Shown: positions 37,748 through 50,453 of the stretch, piece after piece
How positions within the stretch are numbered: position 1 is the stretch's first letter
Layout: the number at the start of each line of letters is the position of its first letter
Origin: Takakia lepidozioides
Lineage: Eukaryota; Plantae; Bryophyta
Length of the DNA: 64,000 bases
Direction of reading: 5' to 3'
NCBI GenBank assembly: GCA_030704615.1
Contig: CM060732.1
Location: forward strand, 20,894,001 to 20,958,000
The notes under the pieces: model-generated
Database searches by the model: none
The model's input: only the letters and a program-made list of their open reading frames with translations
Told to the model about the DNA's origin: nothing
Translations under genes and position numbers: made by a program

Positions 37748-38902
37748 TTGGGGCAGCGGTGGTCGTTTGGTGACTGTAGGAAATTTGTGGACTGGTGTCA
37801 CATAAATCGTTTGTGGTCCAGAGATAAGCATGATCCACAAACCAAACAAAATCAAGCTAGCTTGCATTCTTGCTCCAACCCGCATTTCCGCCACAGGGCA
37901 GAGGAGGTACATACAACATTGTGGGGTCAACCGCTCGTCAACAACAAGGTCCCGTATTTATTTGCGGCCATGTTGTACACAGAATTGATTTTATTGCGAC
38001 CAGTGGATTGGCAAACTGCCACTGCGCGACAACGTACTAGACTATACATGTTCTATGATATCCCAGACTTGTATATACGTCAAGGGCAGGATATCATACG
38101 GTTGGATGGAAACGACGAGGTGGAAGAAGGAGGAAAGGCAGACCAATCTCCAGATTATACGCCGCAACAGGTCTCCGCAGCCGGGCCTTCAACGTCTGAG
38201 GTGGAGAGGGGCGAGATACGCTCTCCGTTGGAGAAACAGTTGTCCGCACATGAACAACACATCAAAGACCTAAAGGACATTGTTCATTTGCAACGGTGGC
38301 AAATAGCGAAGTTGCTGGAAAGAATGGGGTTGGGGACTCTCGACAGCGTACGCGGTGTGCTTCAGGACCCGAGGCCAATCACCAACGAGCGAGACATATT
38401 GGCGCGTTTGAATATGTTACCAATGGACATTGACCGCGTCATCGACGGGGTTGACTCAATCGGACATGGGAATGAAGTGCAAACGCCTGAACTGGACCAG
38501 GCAAGGGTTGAGGAATAAAGACTTGCGGCAAAGAGGGCAAGAAAAGGAAAGGACCCCATAGTGGAAACCGGGGAATGTTCAACATTGCAAATTACATCGG
38601 CCCAAAAACATAAATTAGAGCAGCTTGTGGGGGAATGCGAGCAAGCTATGGCTGTTGCATATCGGTACTCAAATGCCATGCAAATCCGATCGTGGTCATG
38701 GTTCAAGGGGAATTGGCGGAATTGGATGACATGGGCGGACCATCTAGCATCGCGAGAAACACGGATAGAAGAAGCGTTGTCCTCCCTCCAACGTGCAGCA
38801 CGTTTGTCGAATCGAAGCGTAGATAGCATCTATGCTAATTTGCAAAGGCACGACACTATGCGTGATGTATTCACGTCGAAGTACACTGGATTCACCACAT
38901 GA
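37748..38902 (+). pseudogene. ~385-codon ORF with one in-frame stop, inside a ~1.2-kb insertion; probably a transposon accessory gene fragment
   Basis: ORFs 37748-38518 and 38561-38902 are in the same frame. The segment ~37677-38895 is absent from the paralogous 3' flank of GH3 copy 1 (4730-4760). Confidence 0.5.
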
Positions 38903-39120
38903 AGTCCGGTTCCCTATGAGTTCATCAGTTTCATTGAGGAGCACACTTCAGACATGAGGTTTACTATTTCATGAGCGCATGAGCCCATGAGCCTATGAGC
39001 CTATGAGCTCATGAGCGGGCATCCGCGGAATTGGAATTTTCCTGCCTTTATTGACGGTGTTATGTCCTCTTACCTCGGTAATAGGGTCTGTTTCTCCTGG
39101 TCCAGGATGCGGAATGAGGA

Positions 39121-39397
39121 ATTTCGGCGCCGTTATTCCCAAGAGCAGTGTGCTAAAATGGTGTTTTGAAGACATCCACCGGGGTATTTCGGCACCGAAA
39201 TTACCTCTTAAATGTGATATAGTGCGGTATTTAAGGCGCAGAACGGGCAATTTCGGCGCCGAAATACCCAAGTGTAATGTGGTGAAGTGCCTTGTGCTGA
39301 AGGCTTCCATCGCAATATTTTGGTGCAGTAATTCATCCGTGGAATTTTTGAGGCCCATATAACGAAGGCGCAAACTGGGCTATTTCGGCGCCAAATT
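39121..39397. repeat. left subterminal cluster of the ATTTCGGCGCCGAAAT palindrome
   Basis: Copies at ~39121, 39186, 39250 and 39382. Confidence 0.9.
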
Positions 39398-39644
39398 TCC
39401 CAATAGGAATGTTAGAAACGGCAGGGTTTTCATGGCTTCAAGTTCCCGGGTCGATGGTGTGCATAAATTACTTGTAGGGTTCTTCACTGAAGTTTGCGTC
39501 TCTTCTGCTTTTATTATAGATTTTGGTTGGCGGAAGAAATGTAGGGAATGGACAAGCAGTCTGAACACAATGATTTTTCAAATCGTCAATATATTCATTA
39601 AGTGTTTCAGAACTGTACAACAAAATGATCCAAATGAGACTTTG

Positions 39645-42600
39645 CTATGGTGAGGATCCGCTATCACTGTCCGATGCATCCCCGCCCTCATGCAAGGATG
39701 GCTGCCTTCCACCTGCCTCCGAACCTGCACTGCCGCTACCGCTGTTACTCTGAGAAGCCCTCCCCTCAAAAATACCATCCTCACCAGCCGGAACTGTCCA
39801 CCTGGGTGCGGAAGTCTCCTCGACATTCCCCTCGCTCTCGGACGCGGATTCTATTACGAACTTCCCTACTCTGCCTTTCACAATTCTATGTTTGGCCTCA
39901 CGCCTCATTATAATTCTCTGCTCATTCCCGTATGTCAATTGCTCTAACCGAGTAGGCCTATCCTCCTCCTGATGGCTTCTTTGGCAGCCGTGTCTGCATA
40001 GGCTGGTAGAAAAATGGCTTCTGGGGACTCGCGAGAAACGATTTTCTGGCAAAGAATGGCCGATGCGATTCTGTCTCCTCCTCTGCAACAGGGTCCGATT
40101 CGAGCAAGTCTCCCAGCTTCTCCTCGTCGGACGACTCTGCAAGGCTGAGTGTACGCACAAACATAGAATGAAGTACATTAGAGAATTCAAACAGGGAATC
40201 ATCGGCAGGTTGCATGGTCCCTACAACCGAAACCAATACACTTACTATGGTGCAACTCACTCGAAGACAGGCATTGGGGGAAGCGGCTTCGGGCGCCCCT
40301 GCATCGAACGAATTTCCCGGACTTCCTCCTCTTCATCTTCCTCCTCTCTTCCACGTCCTCTTCTGCGTTTTTGGGATCCTCAGTCGGAGGCAGACGCTGA
40401 AGGCCCGCCAAATTGTAATCGTACAAGGCCGTATCCCCCTCAAATGAGAACACAAATCGGTTCGACATCCTTCCCGCCCACATACAGGCACCTGCGAATT
40501 CATACGACAACCACAGCCAAACTCAAGAATGAGTCGCTTCCTCGCACAAGCAAACATACAGAAACGGAAATGGTGTCAATTTCGTGCCGCATTCAATTAA
40601 CGTTCTCACCTGTATTTGCAGTGACGTCAAGGACCCTGCCTTCAACATCCGTACACGTTTCCATGAGCGTCTGGATGAATGCAGGACTCCTGGTCCTGCC
40701 ATACCTCCATGGCTTGCCCGACAAATCACAAAGAATGTCCTTCTCTCTCTCCCACATGGTTGAACAGGACGTTATACTCCAGTGGATCAACTGTGGAATC
40801 AACAAGTCTTCCTGCTTCACGTAATTTGAATTTCGAATGTTCCTTCACGAAGCAAAATGCCTGAAAGATAAGAGTCTGCAGAGAAGGAAATGAAAACGTC
40901 AGAGGTGGCCTACATGTACAGGGGCAATTTCGGCCCAGAAATTGACATAGCAGAGGAGAACCACAGCATACCTTCCGGCCATCGTTGAAAAGACCCTGCG
41001 TGTTGATGCAAGTCCAGATCTTTTTCAGGATGGGTGCTGCACTTCTCCCCGTCCATACTTTGATATCATTCTCAGTGACTTCTCCATCGGCTGCTAGCAC
41101 AACAACACAGCCAACGTCGTCCAACATGTTGGCTGCGAACCCGAATGTGTGGCTCCAGTATCGTTCGTCGTACTTGTTCCACCAGGGAACTGAGCCCAGC
41201 CCCAGTATCTCCCTGCCCATCCGGGATATCCACAAGGATCATGTCGATGGAGGCTTTCACCGCCCTGCCCCCGACTGTGCTCTTTTTGCCGTGGCTCATC
41301 GCCCAAAATACTCCATCATCTTTGTGTAGCCAGGAGTGTCCTCCATATCATTGCCAGTGGCCTTCCTCTTCCCCTTCCCCTGGTGGGCCCGATCGCCTTC
41401 CTCAAACTCGTTATCTCCAGCCTTCTGGTCAGAGCAGTTAGGAAATTTTCATTAACACACTCCACAATTGTGGGTGTTTTGAGGACTTCCCTGCCCGCAA
41501 TCTGCACCGCACGGTAGGGTCTGCCAGGTGCATCCTCGTATAGTGATCTCTTCGCAGCCGCCCCCCGGAGCGTTGGTCCTTGTGAATTTTCGGACGAGGT
41601 GTGGCCCCCTGGGTGTTTTCCTGCTGGAAATCGTCGTCCGAATCCCCTCATCTGGCTGACTGGTGTTGCTGCTTCTTCTTGGTGTGGGGGTCTTCGTCTC
41701 TTGCCCCTGTTTGCGCGTTCTTTTCTTCCACTCAGCTGCCTGCTTCTCCATCTGCTCCTTCGCCAACGCTGCCGCCTTGGCTGACTTTCTCAGTGCTTTC
41801 TGCTTGGCTGCCTCCTCTGCTTTCAGTCTTTCCGCGTCCTCTGGTTGGGGATCCGATTGCGCCTTCATAGCCCTGGCATTCGCTTCCTTCTTCAAGTTAA
41901 CCTCCGAGAGGTCAACGGTCCCACTTGGGAGATCCACATACCAGGGGCAGTTTACCAAATGCTCGGCATGCCACTCCTTCGCCCATTACTTCTGTGTACA
42001 TCGTTCCACGACCTCCAGGTGTCCTCCACGCCAGGAAGAATGGTGGAACCCTTTGAATGGCTCCGGACGGAATGAGTGCAAAGTTTATGTACCTGCAATC
42101 ACGAGGCAGTTTCAACAAAAATTCTACCGATGCATCATGCAAGTGGAAGTTGTCAATGCACAAGGTATTTCGGCACCGAAATACGGAGTGGACCGTGCCC
42201 CAATTACCCAGAACTCACATCTTGCAGAGGTATATTTCGGCGCCGCAATATCCATCGCTGCTTAACCAAATCATCTAAACTGCAAATAGGGGGATGCATT
42301 GTCAGCAGATTACCTGAACAGGACACGCATTGCCGCTTTGTCGGCACCCTCCTGCTCTTCGATGTATACGCTGCGTCTTGCCTTTGCAATGAAAAAGAGG
42401 TTTGCGAAGCGCCCTCGCCACGACGCACGTAGTTCTCCATTGTCTCAGGCTTCGTCCAGTCGATCTGTAACTTGAAAGTGGGGTGTTGCAGTCCAATTGC
42501 TCCTGGGCGTGGGTCAGTACCTGCATCATGGCAGGTTTCCAAAACATTCATGATTTTGAAATTGCGACGATGTCCAACACAGAATAGGAGAAAATTATAC

Positions 42601-44496
42601 CTGATGCCACCAAGTCATGACATTGAGCCAGTCGTTCATTTTGTCGTCTTTGGCTCGATGGGAAAGTGGTACAGCAGCTTCGTGTTTGTATGGCCCGTTC
42701 CAGATTCGCAGCCACCTCGTCTGCAGCCACCTCACATCGGTCAGACAAGAGCTCCAACATAAGAATCGCGAGAAGTCACAAAACAAGATAAACACACACA
42801 CCTTCTCCGCCGGCTCAACACAGGACACTGCGATGTGATGAAGTTTCTCCATGGACCGGTTTCATGGGTCTGGAGTAATGCAGTCCTATCTCCGCCAGGA
42901 ACTCGGCACCAAGACCAGGGTCAGCGATTGCAACTTGCTTAACAAGTTTGGACCTGTACTTGGTCCGGGATTGCTTCCCTGCCTGCACAATATGACTCTC
43001 TATCGACGCGTCCGCCTTGTTGGGGGCATCATTCTCAAAGAACTGCCTTTTGGCATAGGCCAAGTCATCCCTGATGTTCGTCTGCATTCCCATACCCAGC
43101 AGATACAGTCAGGCCACGGATCCCTGCAACAAATAACATTAAATTGATACTGAAATTTGAGATGAACCTCACCGAATAGAGGATCTCCACCATGGCGTCC
43201 AGTGTTGGTCGGTACCAGGTGCGATCTGCTTTCGCTAGGGACTTCCTGTACAGCTCGGGATCGAGGGACTTTTGGAAGTCCGTCAGCGGAGCTGTCCCCA
43301 CTTCTTGCACTCTGTAGAGCGTATGTGCCAGATGAGTTTCCACGAAGGCCCTCTCTGTTACCCTGCCATGGAGAAAAAAAACAACATGAAAATATGATTT
43401 CGGCACAGCAATCCAATTTCCAGTTCATAGAGTGCATGACAGTGGTGAACATTGCCTATTTCGGCGCCGCAATAGGCAGTACACAAGGATGTAATTGTAT
43501 ACTTACAGATTTATATCCGCCATGGCACCCTTCAACAGTCCTCTGTCCCTGACGTCCACCTTCACGACAATGCAGTCCACCATGTAATGCCAACTGATAT
43601 CTTGCGGATGCATTTCAGCAATGTACTCTGTCCAGGCAAGCATCCTGTGGTTCCCGTCCCAAACGAAGAACATCTTCCCTTCCATGTGTGCGAATGTGGG
43701 ATTAGTCTTCAGATAGGCTTCAAACTCGGCATTAACAGTGTGCCAGTGGGGGCCCCAATTCTGAAGCTCCTCTGCAGTGGGGCCCCTTGTGACACCCTGG
43801 TCATTCTCAATGGAAACGTAGAATGCTGCCGACCCCCGTCTGTACCCTTCTCTGAAGTTGTGCTTCAGTCGATCGATATCCCCTGGCAGTGCTTGCCTTA
43901 CAACTGGAAGGCTTACCATGCGACACAAAGGAACTTTAAGGTTCTCGGGATACACCATGGAGCCCAAAACGCGGCCTATGTTGCTGAGTCTCTGCCAGCA
44001 ACCTGTTTGCTGCTATGTTCATGTCTCGTGCGCTCATGAGCATACCCGCCACCAGTTTCTTACTTGTATCACCTCTGTCACTTCCCTCACCCCTCTCACC
44101 AGCCTGTGTACTGTCCTGGAGGTTTTGCTCCTCCGCAAGCTCCAGCAGGTTCTGATCGTCGCCAAGTCGTACCACGTTATCGTCCTCTCCTTCTGTCAGT
44201 TGAATGGGCCGCCCTTCTGCAGATCCGACTCCCACATCTCCAGCGGCCTCCACCGCATCTGTGTTTTCTGAAATTGACTGCAAACCCAATATCTCCGCTT
44301 CCAGTCTCCCTAGGGGTTTTACTGGCGAAGCCATGGGAGGAACTCTAGGTGGGCTTTTCGGAGGCGATATCTGAGGTGTTGAATGAGGACTCGTCTGCCT
44401 CGATGCACTTCCACCTTGTGAGCGCAGCACCCGGGCAGGAGTATCCAAAGTTGACTGTGTTGCCTCGCCCCCCTGCGATCCCTCCCCAGCTCCCAT
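39645..44496 (-). pseudogene. multi-exon gene: ParB/Sulfiredoxin-like N-terminal domain fused to a beta-class amino (N6-adenine/N4-cytosine) DNA methyltransferase; frameshifted here
   Basis: FFVWDGNHRMLAW (DGNHR at 43658-43644). Motif IV IDMILVDIPDG (DIPD 41230-41219) precedes motif X/I RSPAFIQTLMETCTDVEGRVLDVTANTG (~40690-40608), which splices to ACMWAGRMSNRFVFSFEGDTALY. This is the IV...X-I-II order of N6_N4_Mtase. Acidic, low-complexity C-terminus. Confidence 0.8.
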
Positions 44497-44994
44497 GTCA
44501 AACAAACAGGAAAACATGAGACACTGCACGCCAAAAAAAAGGTGTAAAAGGAATATTGCGTATGGAGTGCTTCACATCCGCGAAGCACGAATCTCTCACT
44601 GGTGGGCGATCCGAGTCTCCGGATAACGACGTCTGCATTTCATGCATGAGACGGAGCTTAAGTCGTGTCGTCGGCGGCTTCCCAAAATCCCGCCTCCTCT
44701 CTTGCCGGAGTCGCCTGACCTTCCACAAACTCTATGCTACCACTATGCCGCATAAGGAGAGGAAACGCAGGAGAACGTCACTGCAGAAGGGCAAGGAGCG
44801 AGAGAGCGAAGCGGTGGAACATGCAACCACTATGCACGAGCAGATGCGTAAGCAGCCACGTCTCCCGAAGCGTTGCCACCGTCCACGGCGTATGGGTGAT
44901 GAAGATTGTGACCCCTGACACGTTCGCACGGATGAAGTCGACTGGAACACGACGCGTGCCAGTTCCAGCCACCAGTGTATGACGGTTTATCCGA

Positions 44995-46805
44995 ATTGCG
45001 GCACCGAAATACGTTCCGTTCACCGGATGCGGTTCCCGGAGCAGCCGGCATTGAATGAAATATCCGCACATCATGAAACCCAACCGCCATGAAAATCCCC
45101 TGCATATGACATTCAACAGTCAGGTCGGTACGTTTCATCAGCGGACGGATGAATTTCGGCGCCGAAATTCATCCTTCAAGTGCTTTCATACACAAACTTA
45201 CAAATTTCGCGCCGCAATTCATCGCTTCCAAGTCCTCATTCGTCATGAGCAAACCTGTCGGTGGGATATCGGAGCCGGAATTAATTCCGGGACAACGGAA
45301 ACGGCTGCACTTCGGCACATTTCATCCATATTTCGGCGCCGAAATTCATTACGAATATGTCCGTCCGCGTAGACGAGGTGATCATCATATTTCGGCGCCG
45401 AAATTCATCGAAGTCCTCATTCGTCATGAGCAAACCTGTCGGTGGGATCGGAGCCGGAATTAATTCCGGGACAACGGAAACGGCTGCACTTCGGCACATT
45501 TCATCCATATTTCGGCGCCGAAATTCATTACGAATATGTCCGTCCGCGCGTAGACGAGGTGAAATCATCCATATTTCGGCGCCGAAATTCATCCAGAGCG
45601 AAGACTAAATCGGCACGATGCTATGCTTTGCCGCCATCATTGCCCCTGACGGATGCTGTCCATGCCTGTTGGACTTGCCATTTCTGGACATTTAACTATA
45701 ATTTCGGCGCCGAAATTATACTTTATGTGCGGCAACGTCCCGTGCGAAAAAGACCACTTCATGGATACTGTCGGTTTCAAATGAAAAAAAAGGCTAAAAT
45801 GCAATTAATTTTGACAGAAGTGCGATTTCTCCATTAAATGCAGAATATTCCTGTTATATTCGTCGGACGGGGTATTTCCAAGATTTACGGAAAATTATCA
45901 TCCAAAAGCAAAAAGTAAGTGCCGGGTTTGGACGAATTTCGGCGCCGAAATTCATCCGTCGCATAGAAAATGTAATATTAGAGTTACTCATTGCGGACAG
46001 TAAGGATGAATTTCGCCGAAATTGATCCATTTCAAAGAAAAATAAATATTGGAGGGAAGGCATTGGATGAATTTCGGCGCCGAAAGAAAAAAAAAAATTT
46101 GGAGGAATGAATTTCGGCCCGAAATTCATTGCTCGCGAAGGAAAAAAAAAAAATTTCTGGAGGACTTCGGATGAATTTCGGCGCCGAAATTCATTGCTCG
46201 CGAAGGAAAATAAAAAAATTCGGGAGGAGGATGAATTTCGGCGCCGAAATTCAATGCTCGCGAAAAAAAAAAAATCGGGAGGATTTTGGTTGAATTTCGG
46301 CGCCGAAATTCATTGCTCTCGAAGAAAAAGGGAAATTAAAAGGGAGTACTTGGATGAGATTCGGCGCCAAAGTTCATCTGTCGCAAAGAAAAATAAAAAC
46401 AGAAAGGACTTCCGATGAATTCTGGCACCGAAATCCATACGCAGGGCAGCAGAATTAGGGTCGGAAAAGGAGATGAAGAATGAATTTCGGCGCCGAAATA
46501 CATCCATTCTGCCGAATCAGGATTACTGTCATTCGGAAGTCGGCACCGATATCCGGACACGTGGTCAATCACGACTGTAATCAGGAACACATTTATCCGT
46601 ATTTTGGCATCTAAATTCAACCCATATGTGCAGATACAATTTAATGAAGAAGTTCATCCGAATTTCGGCACCGAAATCCATCCGTTGGGTGCTTGGTCAG
46701 TTTAATGAGGTAAACAAATTACGATTTCTGTTGCCAGAATTCATCCCTTGGCTTCCAAAGCTGTTACATGACAGAGATGTTCATCCAGATTTCGGTGCCG
46801 AAATT
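44995..46805. repeat. central array of ~20 ATTTCGGCGCCGAAAT palindromes between the two divergent MULE genes, including a ~179-bp tandem duplication (45230-45590)
   Basis: Copies at e.g. 45153, 45330, 45389, 45509, 45573, 45701, 45936, 46071, 46175, 46235, 46294, 46484, 46662 and 46789; spacing ~60 bp in 46070-46500. Confidence 0.95.
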
Positions 46806-47056
46806 CATGGGAAGGCCTGATTTATTGTACCCCAAGTGGTTGTACATTACAATTCAGGCACCAAATATCCGATGTGAACTTGCTGTTTTCGTCCGTTTTT
46901 TTAACGTACGTTACACACCTTCATCTTTACGTGCACTGATCACCCATCATGTTGGATACGGAATCCTCCAGAAAATCATTTGTGTTATTAGGTAGGACAC
47001 ACTCTTCTCATTGCAGGACTTCGCTGCGGAGCGTACCGAGAGGTCCCGTCTTCAAA

Positions 47057-50000
47057 ATGGACTCCCGTGTTTGGGTCAACGTGTACTTCCATCCTGATTC
47101 TCTGAAAGCTAAAATACCCTGCGACCAAGGATTTGCGATTGTCACTGAGCAGTACTTGTGTGAAGTTCGGGCTCCGCCCTGGAACGGTGTTTTTGGAAGA
47201 GGAGACGAAGGATGCTTATGAAATTTTGTGGAAAGTGCCGTCATTCTGCATGCAGATTTCGGAAAAGGCAAAGAGTGGCGGCTCCCAGCTTCTGAATCCA
47301 TCCGGTACAGTGCCATTGGTGAAATCGTGCCTAAAGAGTTCCCACGCTGGAACTTGGTTGATCCTCCTTCCACAAGAGGGTCTGGCGTGCAAGATGTGAA
47401 GGATGTGGGCACCTCTTCACAAGCAGAGAAGCCCAAACATGTGAAAAGGGAAATCCAGGAAAACAGGGAAACAGTCGTCCAGGACTTATCCAGTGACGAT
47501 GAAGACTGTATGGTCCTTCCATCGTATGTTTCGAAGTCGTCCGTCACTAGGAGTGTTCAGCATACACCGTCCGACTCAACTTCCGTCCCTCAGTAATCGA
47601 CATATTGCGGAGGATGAAGACAACGGGTTCCCGCTCCAGTGACCTTCTTAGGCTTGATTACGACAAAACTCCAATCCATTCTGTGGAAACTTTGCCTGAT
47701 GTTGTGGATGGGAATGCTATCTACGAGTTCCCTCCAGTGCCGGCAGGCGCAGGCCCAGACGGCATGCTCGCAGGAATGAACAGGAAAACATGACGGCCAC
47801 CCTTGGTGTGTCACCAAAACTTCATCGTCCAACCTGGGTGATGGAGTTCGAGTGAGATATGTATTGTGTGCTGGGCATCTTAAATGTTTCTCGAGCACAT
47901 GTTACCATTACACTAGCAAAGGCACCAGGAATGAGACTGACTGGATGGGCAATTCGTCGACCCCATTTTTGGCCTCAAGGTAGAGTTCCTGCAGGGACGT
48001 TCAAGTGTGCCCATTGCAACGCAGCCCCTACGTGCATGGCAGTGTGCAACGCCAAGCAGTACTACGTCGGGACCGTCGGCCCAGCGTGCACCAGAGCATG
48101 CATTCACATCGGAAAGCATGCAGCTCCCCCTCGCCAGAGGCAATTGCAGAGTCGCTTTTCAACAAGCCCAGGATATTATCAAGGAGGAGGTGAGGTTGAG
48201 GCCGGGTGCAAAACCAAAGCAGATACAGCTCGCATCGGCACATAGGATTGCAATTGGCAGAATAATGTCGGAGGACGGAAGCACAAGAGAGAAGCTGGGC
48301 GAGGGGGACATGAAGACCTGCTGGAAGCTGTCTCCCATGTGTGCAGCCCCAATGTCAGGAACCACATTGTCAGCTGCAAGAAACGAATCGGAAGAAGATC
48401 AGACATGCACTCCATCTTGGAAGTGAAACGCACATGCGGCTACGACTTCATCCAAGGCAGCTTCTTTCCTGGTCAAGGCTCGGAGATGGACAGGTGCTTC
48501 ATATTTAAGATGTCAACGTGCGGACCGGGGAGCGGCGTCGATTTGGTGAAGCGGATGACCAGTGGAGACCTCTCAAATTGTTGGGTCATGTTTGACCACA
48601 TCCGGCGAATTACCAACCACGATTGGGTGACAATGGGGGCACATGTATACGACCCACATTGCAGAAAGTTGATGACCATTGCTATCTGCGAAATGAAGGG
48701 AGAAGACACAGATTCGGAGTTGCATATGTGGCGCGGAATTAATGAGCAAATGGCGAGAGCCAAGTTGCCCCCTCCGATTTTAGGGGCTTCATGGCTGACA
48801 ATGCCCAGGCAAACTGGGCTGCAGTTAGGAGGGTATATGGGGACGACCCAAAGACTCCAATGGAAGGAAAGGAGAGATCTTGCGGGTTCCACTTCATGCA
48901 GAGTTTGACGCAAAACACGAAAAGGTTCGTGGCGTCACGCCACCGGCAGGATCATATCAGTATGTGCCTAGCGTGGAAAAATGCGAATTCCATCGACGAG
49001 GCGGAGACCGAGTTTGCAACCATACGCGCCTGGTGGGTGTCTTCAGGGGCAGTGGATGTGAAAGATCAGCCAGAACTGCAAACGTGGCTTGCGTGGTGGC
49101 ATTATAGATTCCGCCAGTTTGGAGACTACATGAGACAGGTAACACATTTCTGTACTTGACAATTGTTCTGTTTTGTGCTTGGACATTCTCCACAATCAGT
49201 GACATATCTAATTTCCTTCAACAGGACATGAGCTTGGGAGGATGACACGGATATGCCGACGACGAACATGGCCGAATCGGTGCACTCTTCATGGCGTGCT
49301 TCCTCTGCAGCACATCTCGTTGACATGTTGACAGCAACAACAGAAGATATTGTGAGGGCCATCATGCAACAATCTCATTACTACCAGTTTCTGGGAGGAA
49401 AGCAATGGGGTATCGGACCAGACAGGCAGGAGATGCTGATGAGGCGGCGCATCGTTCGACCGATCCCAAAAAATGGACTGCTGCATTGCGGGAAACTATA
49501 AGGTCAACGCCGTTACACAGTCGGGGGAACTGCCTGGAGGGCGATGTCCGCAGCCGGCCGGTGAAGAGAAGAATTGAGGACATGCCTGGAGGGGATGGGG
49601 ATTTCATGGAGATCAGATATGAACATCCGCACTCAACCTCGGGGCGCAACGATGTTGCGTCCCACGCCTTCACGAAGCAGGACTCGTACCCCCTCTCCTG
49701 CAGCATCCATGGAATCGCTGCCAGACTCGGGACAACATGCCGAGGATGGGCATGTTGCTCCTGTTTTCGTTACCCAATACAACATTCCAATCGTGGAGCG
49801 AGATGTGTCGGCCTCGCAGTGGAGAATTGCACGGACCCGTCCGACATTTCGTGGCAAATGTTGTGCTGTTCGTGTCGACACCAACCAGAGATGCAATGAG
49901 ATGATTCGGAGGAGCCCGCAGGGCGGTGTGCCTGCCCCTTGCTTCACAGGGAGATTTGTGTGCGCAAAGTTTGTGGAGGCCACACTGAAGGAGTTTTGGT

Positions 50001-50453
50001 TCTGCAGGCACGACATCATGTCGTGTGTGTTCGGCAAGCCCAAGTATGGTGTACAAGGCATGCCTGAACCACCGGCAGTCTGGCCTGTGGCCACCAACAA
50101 AGGCGAACGACACCAGGATGGCCAACGCTCTTGCAATGCCCTGCATAGTGCAAGGTTGCAGGGATGTTCCTCACCCCGGGATGGGGCGCATATTTCAGTT
50201 GTCAACAGCCGGGTCTGCTGCGCGCAGTGTCGTGTATGCAATCACGGTTTCACAGTACCCAGCTTGCAACTGTGAGGACTTCCTTGTTATGGAATCGAGG
50301 AATGTAGCATACGTCCCCTGCAAACACCTTTATTACATTTTTATGAAGCGCATGAGTTGCATATCCGCAGTGGACGTCTTCATCCATGCTCCAACACTGA
50401 GTTTCAACGAGCTGCACAAGGCCCTACGGCAGGATACTGGTCGGACTGCTTGA
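47057..50453 (+). pseudogene. MULE transposase with GCM-like zinc domain and C-terminal SWIM finger, frameshifted; intron ~49139-49225
   Basis: WVMFDH (first D), MADNAQANWAAVRRVY (second D), CGFHF (CxxH), PTTNMAESVHSSW (E), and SWIM CNCEDF...VPCKHL. Confidence 0.87.

Noticed and set aside
39645-44496. Bacterial or phage contamination as the source of the ParB-MTase
   Set aside because: The gene has GT-AG introns and sits within a TSD-bounded MULE whose empty site is visible in a plant GH3 paralog flank.
44995-46805. CRISPR-like array of palindromic repeats with spacers
   Set aside because: Eukaryotic context, irregular spacing, spacers related to each other, no cas genes; better explained as transposon-internal binding-site repeats.
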